From contig CAIIXF020000001.1 in assembly GCA_903813345.2 (NCBI GenBank), positions 42,966,001 to 43,030,000 of the forward strand: DNA of 64,000 nt. Direction: 5' to 3'. The notes beneath the pieces are model-generated. The model searched no databases, had not been told where the DNA came from, and saw nothing but the letters and a program-made list of their open reading frames with translations. Positions 52,720 to 64,000 of the stretch are shown here, piece by piece. The position numbers and the translations under genes are program-made. The number at the start of each line of letters is the position of its first letter. Position 1 is the first letter of the stretch. The DNA comes from Owenia fusiformis (lineage: Eukaryota).

Positions 52720-54277
52720 GTATCGATATAGTGAACTTTTTGAACACGCATTTCTCTTAAACCAGTCATCAAAAAATTCTGAAAATTTTACACATTGTCA
52801 ATTTAATGGTCATCTTTTGGATGGTAACATTATAATTTGAATTATATATATATATATTACTTTTCTCTATATTCTTTTAGAAAACACACCAGACACTTTC
52901 TTTCTTGGTATCATATGTTCAGAATGAAGTGAAACATTTGTCCGAACCTCAGTGTTTAGGTCTCTCAATATTGTAATTGTACAAAGGAAAGTTTGGTATT
53001 AATTTTCATCTATTTTGTGGGGGTTTTGTTTTTGCATACTTTTTGGCTCACACAGTGAGCCTATGGGATTGACCAGGCGTCCGTCCGTTGGTCCGTCTGT
53101 CCATCCGTCTGTCAACATTGGCCGCACAAATTAAAACTGCTATTCGGATTGAGTCATATCCACATTCATTTTATGCATATCCATAATGCCTATTTGACCT
53201 ATCATCGCCATTTCCCAAGTTCACCCGGTTTCCGAGAAATTGCGGATTTTGACGTCAAAAAGTCAAATTTTCTGTAAATACTAGACACTTTGTTGAAGTT
53301 TTTTTGAAGGACTTTTGGTGTTTACTCTATAAAATTTGAAAAAAGTAGGACTTAGTCATTTTCAGGAAACTTTCTCGTGTATAAAGTCAATGGAAGGTTT
53401 TGTGATTGACAAGTTTCTTAAAGTTTGCCTTATACTTGATCATTTCCTGCAATAAATTACATCATTAATAGATTTAAGCATTCCCTACATATTTCTCAAT
53501 ATATGTCAGCATCAAATTTTTACCGTTTTTGAGATATTTGACGTCAAAAAACAGTAAAAATAAGTTATTTTTCAACTTGCTTCAATTTGACCAAATTGTT
53601 TTTTGAAAATCATCTTCAAGTTGCCAGGAGTTCAAATCTGACATTAGTTTTAGGATTTGACCTTTACTTGACCTTCAGTGACCTTTGAAAGGTCAAAAAA
53701 GTTGATTTTTCAAATTGATTTTTGGTTGTAAATTTTGGTCAGCTTAATCACAAAAGACCTTACTGAGCTCTGAATAAGTAAAATTTTCAAGGTCAAAGGT
53801 CATCAAACTAGGTCACACAACTATGCTATCTAAGTTTCTCAAAGTTCGAGACTACAAATCCAAATCAATATTTTTGTTTGAAAGTCAGGATATAAATTCC
53901 TCTGAAGGTTCCAAACTGTGTGAGCACAGGACCGTGGGTCCTTCATTGTTAAATCAACCAAAATTTCCTTTGTATAAATATATAATATTGAGAGGTCTAA
54001 GAAAATGTTGCATATGCTATTTTGTTCCAACAAGGTTTGGAAAGACATTCTATTTCATTCTCAAGAATTGGTAGAAAGGAACAAAAAACAATTGCACTAA
54101 AAAACAAAAAATGTTAACAAAGACAGTTATATATAATATAAATAATTTTTGGATTAAATTGTTGCCAATCAGTCAACATTACATAAAGGACCATGTTTTT
54201 TTACAGAATGTTTTCAATAATTGGTTTAAGAGAAAAAAATTGTTGGATTCAGTTCACCATATCGATACCTATCCTTT
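52720..54277. mobile_element. MITE family C, copy 2, interrupted by a HINE-like insertion
   Basis: Colinear with 4289-5025 on both sides of the 53041-53950 insert. Confidence 0.72.
53041..53950 (+). mobile_element. HINE-like element nested in MITE C
   Basis: 5' hairpin ggctcacacagtgagcc, (gtcc)n microsatellite, subterminal ctgtgtgagc, 3' hairpin aggacc-gtg-ggtcct, ends ttgtt. Confidence 0.7.
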
Positions 54278-54453
54278 AAATTTTTAAAACTTCTTTATCT
54301 GGATCTCATTCAGGACAGTCACATGACTGAAAGTGAACAATCACATTACATTGGTTAGTAATGATCTAGTAAGAATAACATATTCTCAGTCAGAATTGAA
54401 CATTTTTCAAAAAATTGAGGTCGATGGACCTAGTTAAATGGCATGAAATCCCT

Positions 54454-55590
54454 TTATTGTCTTCTATCAAATCTCCAGTCAATGATTTCTTGATGTTGTG
54501 TCTGTTGGGGAAGTGAGAGGGTGTAGCACATCTTGCATCTCTCAGGGCATGTCAGCAGGTCATCAATGTAGGTTCTCTTCCTAATTATTCTCTTCAAATA
54601 CCCTTCCATGTTGGCCATTGCTATTGGTGACATACTAGCAAAGATGTTAACACTTTTATTGAAATAACTGGGGAGATTTTGAATTTCCAAACTACGATGC
54701 AATTCCTTGATCGAGTCCACAAAACAATCTGCCAAATCTTTTGATAACCATGATCTTTCGTTATTAAGTTTGAGAATGATCATTTTAAAAGCATAGTTAC
54801 TTAAACCACGTAGTTGTTCTCTATGTTGACGGATTGTCTTCAAAATTTTTATACATTTTTTTCTACAACCATTGTCATGCCTATCAATATTCTTCAGTGT
54901 CACCTTTTCTAATCTACAATGAGAAATCATCCAGAGTGACTCTTCTCCGTTATCGCTACCAATATCACTCTCTAGATCACCCTGCTTCCTTGGCTTGGCT
55001 ATATGTAATGAATCTGTATCAGTCAAATCCAAAGCTGGGACAAAGTCGATACTAAGTTTTGGACCCCCTTTCTGTAGCTGTACAGTGATTGCTGGGCCCC
55101 CTGTTGAGACTGATATGATGTATGGGGTGGGCTGGTGTTTACTTTGGAATACACTGACCCATCTCTGCAAGAAACTCTGAAATGCTCGTCTGACCAAAGT
55201 GGCGGATAGATAACCCTTGTCATCAGTGTAGCGACTTAGATCTTTGCTCCACTCATTACGACTGCCTGATGACCCTCGGATGTATCTATTGGTGTGTCTT
55301 TTGAGACTTAAATAGCATTGACCTGCTTTTCTTATCGGTATAACTTTGACATGATTGGTGATTTTGATGGGCATCAAAAGATCAAATTCGTCATATGTTA
55401 TAACCTTAAGGCCTTCAAAGACACTTCCTATTGCTTCAAATGGACGAACAGGAACATTGATCTCTCGAAGAAAGTGATAAACGTCTTTTTTAATGGTTTC
55501 AACTATGGCTCGGGATTCTTTTTGGTCTATTCGTTTTATCTCTACTTTGTCTGTGTGATACGCATTGAGAGCCCTCTTGAGCGATGTCAT
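54454..55590 (-). CDS. Mab-21 domain nucleotidyltransferase / cGAS-like receptor (cGLR), 378 aa, single coding exon, nested antisense in HAUS3 intron 7
   Basis: Open frame from ATG 55590 to TAA 54454. Motifs IGSVFEGLKVITYDEFDLL, GGPAIT, SIDFVPAL, LWMISHCRLEK, GCRKKCIKILK, LSNYAFK, LPSYF..VNIF. Acceptor ttttccag 15 nt upstream of the ATG; AATAAA overlaps the stop. Confidence 0.92.
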   Translation of the reverse strand: MTSLKRALNAYHTDKVEIKRIDQKESRAIVETIKKDVYHFLREINVPVRPFEAIGSVFEGLKVITYDEFDLLMPIKITNHVKVIPIRKAGQCYLSLKRHTNRYIRGSSGSRNEWSKDLSRYTDDKGYLSATLVRRAFQSFLQRWVSVFQSKHQPTPYIISVSTGGPAITVQLQKGGPKLSIDFVPALDLTDTDSLHIAKPRKQGDLESDIGSDNGEESLWMISHCRLEKVTLKNIDRHDNGCRKKCIKILKTIRQHREQLRGLSNYAFKMIILKLNNERSWLSKDLADCFVDSIKELHRSLEIQNLPSYFNKSVNIFASMSPIAMANMEGYLKRIIRKRTYIDDLLTCPERCKMCYTLSLPQQTQHQEIIDWRFDRRQ

Positions 55591-57129
55591 AATTGTGGTC
55601 ACAAACTGGAAAACAATGGGCTGAGATCATACAGTGGAAATGTGTGGAAAACTAAAGGTGAAAAATGGAATTGACATTGAAACAATATTTAGACTGATAT
55701 GCCATTTTTTTAATTCTTTATTTTGTGTAATTTTTCAAAACAAATTCCAGAAAACAAGCCATTATACCTTACTTGAGAAGTTTGCAGTTTGCGACTAAGG
55801 AATATTATAAGACTTGAATAAAAGAGTTGTATTCTTGAAGGTGATGAAACTAGTATAATATACAGTAAATGTTATTTTATACTACTGTATAAACATGTTT
55901 TCTTGTATGAGACTGTTTACTTTAGACCCCGGGTTTAGACCACAGAATATATTTCTAGTTGAATGCATTGAATAGTAAGTAATGAGAAACACAACTGAAC
56001 ACAGTTCCTAACCTATTCCTTAGCCTATTTATGACTCAGAGAGATTTGAATCTGACCATTGACATGTGATAGTGTCTCAGTTTAAATTACTTCCTTCTTT
56101 TAGAAAATTTAAGAATTCTATGTTGGAATTTTATGATTTTACATACCTGATAGCCACATACACTTATATCAGGAATTGCATTATCTGGCAGTATAACTGT
56201 AACAGTATTGTACTAAACATTGTGTTTATTATTGGTGAGGGCTGTTTGAATAGTCAAATAATAGCCAGTTAATTTCTTAGAATTGTGCATTCTCTCTAAA
56301 GAGGCAACGTGGCCATGACCTCTGAGGTAATGCCTTCTTATCAAAAGGGGATTCCCCTTTATAAAATATTGAGTTTCATGACCTCTTTTATTTAGCAATG
56401 ACATTATAAGCACAAAATGTTTTGATGAGTGTCATATTTTCTGAAGGTGTAAATACATGTGTAGTGTCTTAATGATTAAGGTATCATTTCTACAATGAGG
56501 GGGTATAATTTAAGGATAAAAAAAATAAAAGAAATCATTTTTTATTTTCAAAGCCTGGTATTATTTGACAAAGCACACATCTTTATAATAGCTATGCGGA
56601 AGGACTAAAAATCTTGGATACTGTCTGTGAAATTGTGATCAAATAGCTATACCAAATTATCTCTTCTATTCTCTGGTTATCTCTAATTTAAAAAGTATCT
56701 GTATGGTCATGGTACAGTTCTTTCATGGACTAGTAGTGTACCAGTGCTACATAGTTCTTATTCATATGGTTGAGGCTTACCTGAAGATATTGATCTCTTC
56801 ATCTCAGCATTTCTTCTCAAGAGTAACGCATCTTGATGGTGTCTCTTCCTAATCAGTATCATTTCAAGCCTCATTGATTCTCATGGAGTTCAAGTAATTT
56901 CTCAGTAGTGTGTAGTGCAGTAATGTGCATCTCAATCACCATTTCAATCTTTTTTATTATGTTAACACTTCTGGTGGTGTTATATATAGTTATAGTATCA
57001 AACGTTTTGGGGGATGGTGTTCAGCAGTTGCTGTTCGGCATTCGGTGTCTGTAACAAATGGCAGGTGGTGACATTTTGCATACTAATGCCTTGTTTATTG
57101 TTTTATATCTTTTGTTATTTCATTTTTAG

Positions 57130-57313
57130 TTCAAGCATTCAAGACCTTCAGCAGTCTGTTCATGTACTGAATCGTGACATCACCCCTCTTATAGAGAATG
57201 ACATCCCAATGCTGATTGCAGAGAATGCACCATTCCAAGTGTCCAAAATACTACATGGTGATTACGATCTGAAGACCGCAAGACAAGACTACTTCACTTC
57301 AAACCAGGATAAG
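57130..57313 (+). CDS. HAUS3: HAUS3 exon 8 (gene continues beyond the window)
   Basis: tttttag|SSSIQDLQQSVHVLNRDITPLIENDIPMLIAENAPFQVSKILHGDYDLKTARQDYFTSNQDK|gtaaca; ENA...GD.DL..A.QDY motif; phase 2 to 0. Confidence 0.9.
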
Positions 57314-57783
57314 GTAACACTTCCTGTTTGTATTACCACCACCCAGTGGAGTTTTCTAAAAAGAATTCTCATCTTTTTTCAACATTTTTTCACAATTTTC
57401 AATTTTTTCAACTTATTTTTGAAAGTGGGAAGATATGCCCTGGAGTGGGAGATATGGAGGTTCTGGATATAGAAATATCAAAATCAGGATACGGGATATA
57501 TCTTAACTTATTCCATAGTTAGCATGATATTCAAAGGATAACATGTCAAAATAAAAACGATATTTTTGTAATCAGTGGTAAAATATAATATTTTTGACAA
57601 ATTCTCACTTAACCATAGCATACAGTGTTTTAGCCATGACATACGGCGCCGTATGCTATGAATTATGGATTTTTGCTACTTCAGACTCAGAACGAGGCTA
57701 AGTGTCAATATCGTCGGATCGTTTGAAAAATTTGATTTAAATCACTTAATTTCCGACGATTCTGATGATGACTTTAACTATGG

Positions 57784-57940
57784 AATAAAAAGAACATCCT
57801 ATGATTTACTCGTGATATGATTTTAATCCACTCGTGGATATTGATATCTGCACTCTCTCGCTACGCTCGCTCGTGCGATATCATATCCATTTGTGGATAA
57901 AAATCATATCACTTATAAATCATAGGATATCCTCTATTTA
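57784..57940. repeat. ~155-bp imperfect palindrome (hairpin MITE)
   Basis: atcctatgattta..gtgatatgatttt.atccac / gtggataaaaatcatatcac..taaatcataggat. Confidence 0.7.
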
Positions 57941-58065
57941 TCTCCACAAAGCTCTACTTGGCATAGGATGAATATATATATATACTGTATATTGTATATT
58001 CATTTTTTAATCATGATCCATCTGCAGCTTAAATAAATCATTTGTGTTTAATAATGTTCTAGATA

Positions 58066-59552
58066 TTTTTATCGCACTTTGAAAAAGTGCTATATTGCCG
58101 TCGTCTTGTGCTGTTGGGCGGGCGTGCGGGCTGGCGTGCGGGCGTGCGGGCGTGTGGGCGGGCGGGACATAAACCAAATCTTGTCATCAAGTTTCCAGGA
58201 TAACTGCTTACCTGTTCAACTTGAAATTTTTACAGATGCAAGAGCAGACTAGTACCAAGATCTGATTAGGTTAAGGGCATGCTGGGTAAACTACGTGGCG
58301 GCCATTTTGAATTTTTCAACAAATCTTGTCATCAAAATTCCAGGAAAACCACTTATCCGTTCAACTTGAAATTTTTACAGATGCAAGAGCAGACTATTGC
58401 CAAGATCTGAATAGGTTTTGGGTATGCTGGCTGAATTACATGGTGGCCATTTTGAATTTTTCAATTTGGCGGCCATTTTGAATTTTTCAACTTGCTCCAA
58501 ATTGACCAAATTCTTTTTTTAAAAACATCTACAAGTTCTCAAAAGTTCAAATCTGACCTTAGATTTCAGATTTGACCTTTCATTCACCTTCAGTGACCTT
58601 GAAAAGGTCAAAAAAGTTGATTTTCTAAATTGATATTTTGGATTTAAATTTAGGTCAGCTTAATTACAAAACACCTACTGAGGTTTGAAAAAGTTAAATT
58701 TTCAAGGTCGAAGGTCAAGGTCATTAAACTAGGTCACAAATGATGTTATCCAAGTTTCTCAAAGTTTGAGACTACAAATCAATTCTTGTCATCAAAATTC
58801 CAAGAAAACCGCTAACCTGTTCAACTTGAAATTTTTACACATGCAATAGCAGACTAGTGCCAAGATCTGATTAGGTTAAGGGCATGCTGGGTAAACTACG
58901 TGGTGGCCATTTTGAATTTTTCAACAAATCTTGTCATCAAAATTCCAGGAAAACCACTTATCCGTTCAACTTGAAATTTTTACAGATGCAAGAGCAGACT
59001 ATTGCCAAGATCTGATTAGGTTTTGGGTATGCTGGCTGAATTACATGGTGGCCATTTTGAATTTTTCAATTTGGTGGCCATTTTGAATTTTTCAACTTGC
59101 TCCAAATTGACCAAATTATTTTTTTAAAAACATCTACAAGTTCTCAGAAGTTCAAATCTGACCTTAGATTTCAGATTTGACCTTTCATGCACCTTCAGTG
59201 ACCTTGAAAAGGTAAAAAAAGTTGATTTTCTAAATTGATATTTTGGATTTAAATTTAGGTCAGCTTAATTACAAAACACCTACTGAGGTCTGAAAAAATT
59301 AAATTTTCAAGGTCGAAGGTCATCAAATTAGGTCACAAACGATGTTATCTAAATTTTCCCAAAGTTCGAGACTACAAATAAATTCTTGTCATCAAAATTG
59401 CAGGAAAACCGCTAACCTTGTCAACTTGAAATGTTTACAGATGCAAGAGCAGACTACTGCCAAGGTCTGATTAGGTTTTGGCCATGCTGGGTAAATTGCA
59501 TGGTGGCCAGTTTGCTCTTCAAAGTGCGATATTTATCACTGTGTGTCTTGTT
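58066..59552 (+). mobile_element. HINE-like element D1 with a duplicated ~600-bp internal unit
   Basis: 5' tttttatcgcactttgaaaaagtgc hairpin, (gggc)n microsatellite, subterminal ttcaaagtgcgata, ends cttgtt. Confidence 0.72.
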
Positions 59553-59614
59553 GGTATTATTGTTGTTAATTTAAAGCTTAAATAAATCATTTGTGTTTAA
59601 TAATGTTCTAGATA

Positions 59615-61095
59615 TTTTTATCGCACCCTAAGGTGCTATATTGTAATCAGTTTGCCAGGCGGGCGGGCGGTTGGGCGGGAGGGTGGGCGGTTGGGCGGGC
59701 GGACGTCCCGAATAATCTTGTCTACAGGTTTCCAGCCAAACCGTTTGAGGGATTCATTTGAAATTCTCAGGGATGTTTCTACCTATGAAAGTTTATAACT
59801 GATTAGTTTTTCGGCATTCTGGGTAAATGTTAAGGCGGCCATTTTGGATTTTCCGTCCTAAAATCTTGTCTGTCAAGGCTTGTCTACAGGTTTCCAGCCA
59901 AACCGTTTGAGGGATTTATTTGAAATTCTCAGGGATGTTTCTACCTATGAAAGTTTAGAACTGATTAGTTTTTCAGCATTCTGGGTAAATGTTAAGGCGG
60001 CCATTTTGGATTTTCCGTCCTAAAATCTTGTCTGTCAAGGCTTGTCTACAGGTTTCCAGCCAAACCGTTTGAGGGATTCATTTGAAATTCTCAGGGATGT
60101 TTCTACCTATGAAAGTTTAGAACTGATTAGTTTTTCAGCATTCTGGGTAAATGTTAAGGTGAAATTCTCAGGGATGTTTCTACCTATGAATGTTTAGAAC
60201 TGATTAGTTTATCGGCATTCTGGGTAAATGTCAGTTAAGGCGGCCATTTTGGATTTTCCGTCCTAAAATCTTGTCTGTCAAGGCTTGTCTACAGGTTTCC
60301 AGCCAAACCGTTCGAGGGATTCATTTGTTATTCTCAGGGATGTGTCTACCTATGGGTAGAACTGATTAGTTTTTCGGCATTCTGGGTAAATGTTAAGGCG
60401 GCCATTTTGGATTTTCCGTCCTAAAATCTTGTCTGTCAAGGCTTGTCTACAGGTTTCCAGCCAAACCGTTTGAGGGATTCATTTGAAATTCTCAGGGATG
60501 TGTCTACCTATGAAAGTTTAGGACTGATTAGTTTTTCGGCATTCTGGGTAAATGTTAAGGTGGCCATTTTGGATTTTCCGTCCTAAAATCTTGTCTGTCA
60601 AGGCTTGTCTACAGGTTTCCAGCCAAACCGTTTGAGGGATTCATTTGAAATTCTCAGGGATGTTTCTACCTATGAAAGTTTAGAACTGATTAGTTTTTCG
60701 GCATTCTGGGTAAATGTTAAGGCGGCCATTTTGGATTTTCCGTCCTAAAATCTTGTCTGTCAAGGCTTGTCTACTGGTTTCCAGCCAAACCGTGTGAGGG
60801 ATTCATTTGAAATTCTCAGGGATGTTTCTACCTATGAAAGTTTAGAACTGACTAGTTTTTCGGCATTCTGGGTAAATGTTAAGGCGGCCATTTTGGATTT
60901 TCCGTCCTAAAATCTTGTCTGTCAAGGCTTATCAACAGGTTTCCAGCCAAACCGTGTGAGGGATTCATTTGAAATTCTCAGGGATGTTTCTACCTATGAA
61001 AGTTTAGAACTGATTAGTTTTTCGACATTCTGGATAAATGTTAAGACGGCCATTTCTGTTCAAGGGTGCGGTATTGTTCACCGTGTGTATTTTTT
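59615..61095 (+). mobile_element. HINE-like element D2 carrying ~8 copies of a 162-bp tandem unit
   Basis: 5' tttttatcgcaccctaaggtgc hairpin, (gggc)n microsatellite, near-identical 162-bp repeats 59717-61050, subterminal agggtgcggta. Confidence 0.75.
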
Positions 61096-62485
61096 GCATT
61101 ATTGTTGTTAATTTAAGGCTCTTTCATATATTAAACTAAAACACTGAGCAATCAAATTATATTGGTGGGAGTTGTTCTATTGTTCTATTCTTTGTGTGTT
61201 AGATCATAGTTTGAGATATTGGATTTTTCCTTGATTGGTTGTCAATTCAACAGATTTACACTTTATGCTTCTTTTTTAGTGACCAGCAGTTGAATTTGTT
61301 ACAAATACTGAACTTTTGTTTTCATTTGCACTAAATTTACCAAGTGCATTGTAACATTTTGTCATTTAAATGTATTCTCAATATTTCCCACTCGCGTATA
61401 ATCATTTATAAATTGTTCCGGGGACCGGGGTATATTTTTTGATACTACATATTGCTTAATGCAATTTCACAAACAGCCAAACATCTTTTTACCAACCATG
61501 TGTTAACAGCATAAGTGAGCTATGAGGACAGAATGCAAATGTTGAATTTGAAACAATTACTTTTATTTAACAATATTTCAATTTTAAAAACAAAGAAAAT
61601 GTGAAAAAGATGATCCAATAATAATATTCTGAATAAGGAAAATGTAGTGTAAAGATGAAATAATATTTACAAAAATTATCTGTTTTTTCGATTTTAGAAA
61701 AGGGACCTGCCACTTTAGCAAATTGAAAAAACAGATGTGTTTCAAGATCTAAATTACATCAAAAACTACGAGAGTAAAAAGAAAAATATCTGCTTTGTTT
61801 ATAAATCATATGATTTTCCAGAATTTCTGTAAAAGAAATATACCTACCTAACATCATCTCTCTATGATTAACAATGTCTAAGTTCCAGTATAGTTTAATC
61901 AAAAGATGTTATGTTCAGTTATATATAAGAAGTTGAAATATTATATTGCCAGTTCCATTTATTCCCACCTCAAATAGTTTACTTAATATAGGGTTTATGC
62001 TTGCGCTATGTCAATTTAAATATTTCCACTGATCATTGTTAATAAAAAAAACGAGCAGTGAAGTATTAACCGTTGATGTCCAAAGTTAATATTTTCATAT
62101 TTCTACCAGCGTTTGTCTCAGAGGATTGGACAGTGACTAGAAAAATATCTTTTTATCATTATAGACAGAAAATGGTTGGTTAGAATATTCCTTTCAGAAA
62201 GAATTGTTTAGCGAACATTGTTTCTCTAGCGAGATACTTCAACTGTCCTTCTTTCATTGTACTTGTCTTCCATTTCATCCATGTACTGATTTCAAGTATA
62301 TGGTCCATGGTTTATGCTAGAGGTTTAACTTGGTCAGCAAACTGTCCCAGGAAGTTCCCTGCAGGTGTATACTGGCAAACTATCAATGTTATTATGAAGC
62401 CACCAGAGTTTGTGTATCTTGAACTTCCACATCCGACCTGTATAGAGTTCTGCCAAACTACCTGGAATGGAAATGGTTTGATCGA

Positions 62486-62835
62486 GTACAGTGCAGTGCA
62501 ATACAATACAGTACAGTGCAATACAGTACAGCACAGTGCCATGCAGTGCAGTAAAGTGCAGTGCAGTACAATACAGTACAGCACAGTGACGTGTAGTACA
62601 GTAAAGTGCAGTGCAGTGCAGTATAGTACAGTACAGTGCGGTGCAGTGAAATACAACACGGTGCAGTGCAGTACAGTGTTTTGCAGGGCAGTACAGTACA
62701 GAGCAGTGCAGTTCAGTGCGGTGCAGTGCAATACAACGCAGTACAGTGCAGTGCAGTACAGTGTTGTGCAGTACAGTACAGTGCGGTGCAGTGCAATACA
62801 ACACAGTGCAGTGCAGTACAGTGTTGTGCAATGCA
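62486..62835. repeat. (CAGTR)n pentanucleotide microsatellite
   Basis: Runs of cagtg/cagta/caata. Confidence 0.93.
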
Positions 62836-63839
62836 GGACGAACTCCTTTGGCACCTCAAAATAGTTTCCTACTTAGCAAGTGTTTCACATACATGTACAA
62901 TTAATATCAAGTTAATGGGAAATGGGACTTTGAAATGTTTTCCATTTGGAGAGGCATTCTTCTTTACAGTTTTTACTCTTCATTTATTATTGGGAAATAA
63001 TTCTCCAAACACAGCAGTTAAACTAGCAGTTTAGAATGGTTGGATAGAGGAATAGATGAATTTTGAGAATGAATGGTTTAATCACTAGATCAGAAACTAG
63101 GCTGGCTTTAAAACGTGTGATGATGATTTTATCACATGTCTTGGAATGTTGAATTGGAGCATTTTGATTTGGTCATTATGATTGTGTTCAGTACTCTGTA
63201 CTCCCGGAAACTATTATAATTTTATGTGTTTTGAAAGTTCGCTTTGAAATAATATGATGTCATACTGTTGTATTCGTACTGGTTAGTGAAATAATATGAT
63301 GTCATGCTGTATACTTTAGCTACAAAGTGATATAACCAGAGACGTCATATTGTTACTATTGACTCTGTAGTAATACAGCCCACCGTATCACATGAAAATT
63401 AGTCACATGTCATGTGATACGGAATATTCGTTGTCACAATTGACCAATCAAAATACTTAGAAAAACCTAACCATGTGATAATAGTGTTGTATCTTGTCTC
63501 AATATAACCCCTCCACAACTTTTACGATGTCTCCACAACATTGGAGACATTTTAGTGGGAGGGGTGGTAAACTTAATGCAAGACAACAGTTTTGTCCAAT
63601 GAATTTCTATATTTCTTTTGTTTGTGAGCCAGCCATATAACATTGGCTCATTTTCAACTTGTATTATACTTTCTATTGCTTAACTAGGCACACTCAGTAA
63701 TCAAATGTAGATTTCAATATTTTTCATTTTCATTGAATCAAACCTGGTAAGAATGTGTATTGCTATTGAGTATTACTACAAACCTGAGTAAAGTGACCCG
63801 TTGCAGAGCTGAATCCTGGGTTAGCATAGTCATAGTCCG

Positions 63840-64000
63840 ATATCTCATCATACCTAAAAGCGTAATAGAAACATATGACACAGAACTGTAGTAACATGTA
63901 ATAATACCCTTGTAGAGTAAACATATCTCATCATACCTAAAAGCGAAATAGAAACACATGACACAGAACTGTAGTAACATGTAATAATACCCTTGTAGAG
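63840..64000. repeat. 83-bp tandem repeat, at least 2 copies, cut by the window edge
   Basis: atatctcatcatacctaaaagcg... starts at 63840 and 63923. Confidence 0.85.

Noticed and set aside
54454..55590. Naming the gene MAB21L1/2 or CGAS
   Set aside because: It lacks the near-invariant MAB21L sequence and the cGAS zinc thumb, so only a family-level call is supportable.
55591..55602. ORF-track start MTTI for the cGLR
   Set aside because: It is a GTG codon just after a splice acceptor; the first ATG is at 55590.
57014..57472. 152-aa standalone ORF
   Set aside because: Only 57130-57313 is coding (HAUS3 exon 8); the rest is intron read-through.
62307..63034. Several 130-185-aa Cys-rich ORFs
   Set aside because: Translations of the (CAGTR)n microsatellite.

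Overview
AT-rich animal (invertebrate-type) genomic DNA with three protein-coding genes. (1) The 5' part of a kinesin-3 gene (unc-104/KIF1A-like, minus strand): nine motor/neck exons from the ATG at 30607 down to 3102 join in phase through GT-AG introns, and the gene runs off the left edge. (2) A divergent HAUS3 (augmin subunit 3) gene on the plus strand: ATG at 44689, eight phase-consistent exons to 57313, continuing off the right edge. (3) An intact, intronless 378-aa Mab-21/cGAS-like receptor (cGLR) nested antisense in HAUS3 intron 7. It has a complete nucleotidyltransferase catalytic triad, no cGAS zinc thumb, and an N-terminal His plus C-terminal Cx3Cx2C. The introns are dense with repeats: Helentron-associated (HINE/DINE-like) elements carrying satellite arrays, MITEs with 2-, 4-, 5-, 8- and 9-bp target-site signatures, a 5'-truncated LINE and many minisatellites. 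Highlights are the nested cGLR, a candidate 9-nt K-loop microexon, a seven-fold tandem duplication of a HAUS3 splice acceptor, and a CAC-ended element with a 5-bp TSD (Transib-like). All calls come from manual reading; no searches were run.
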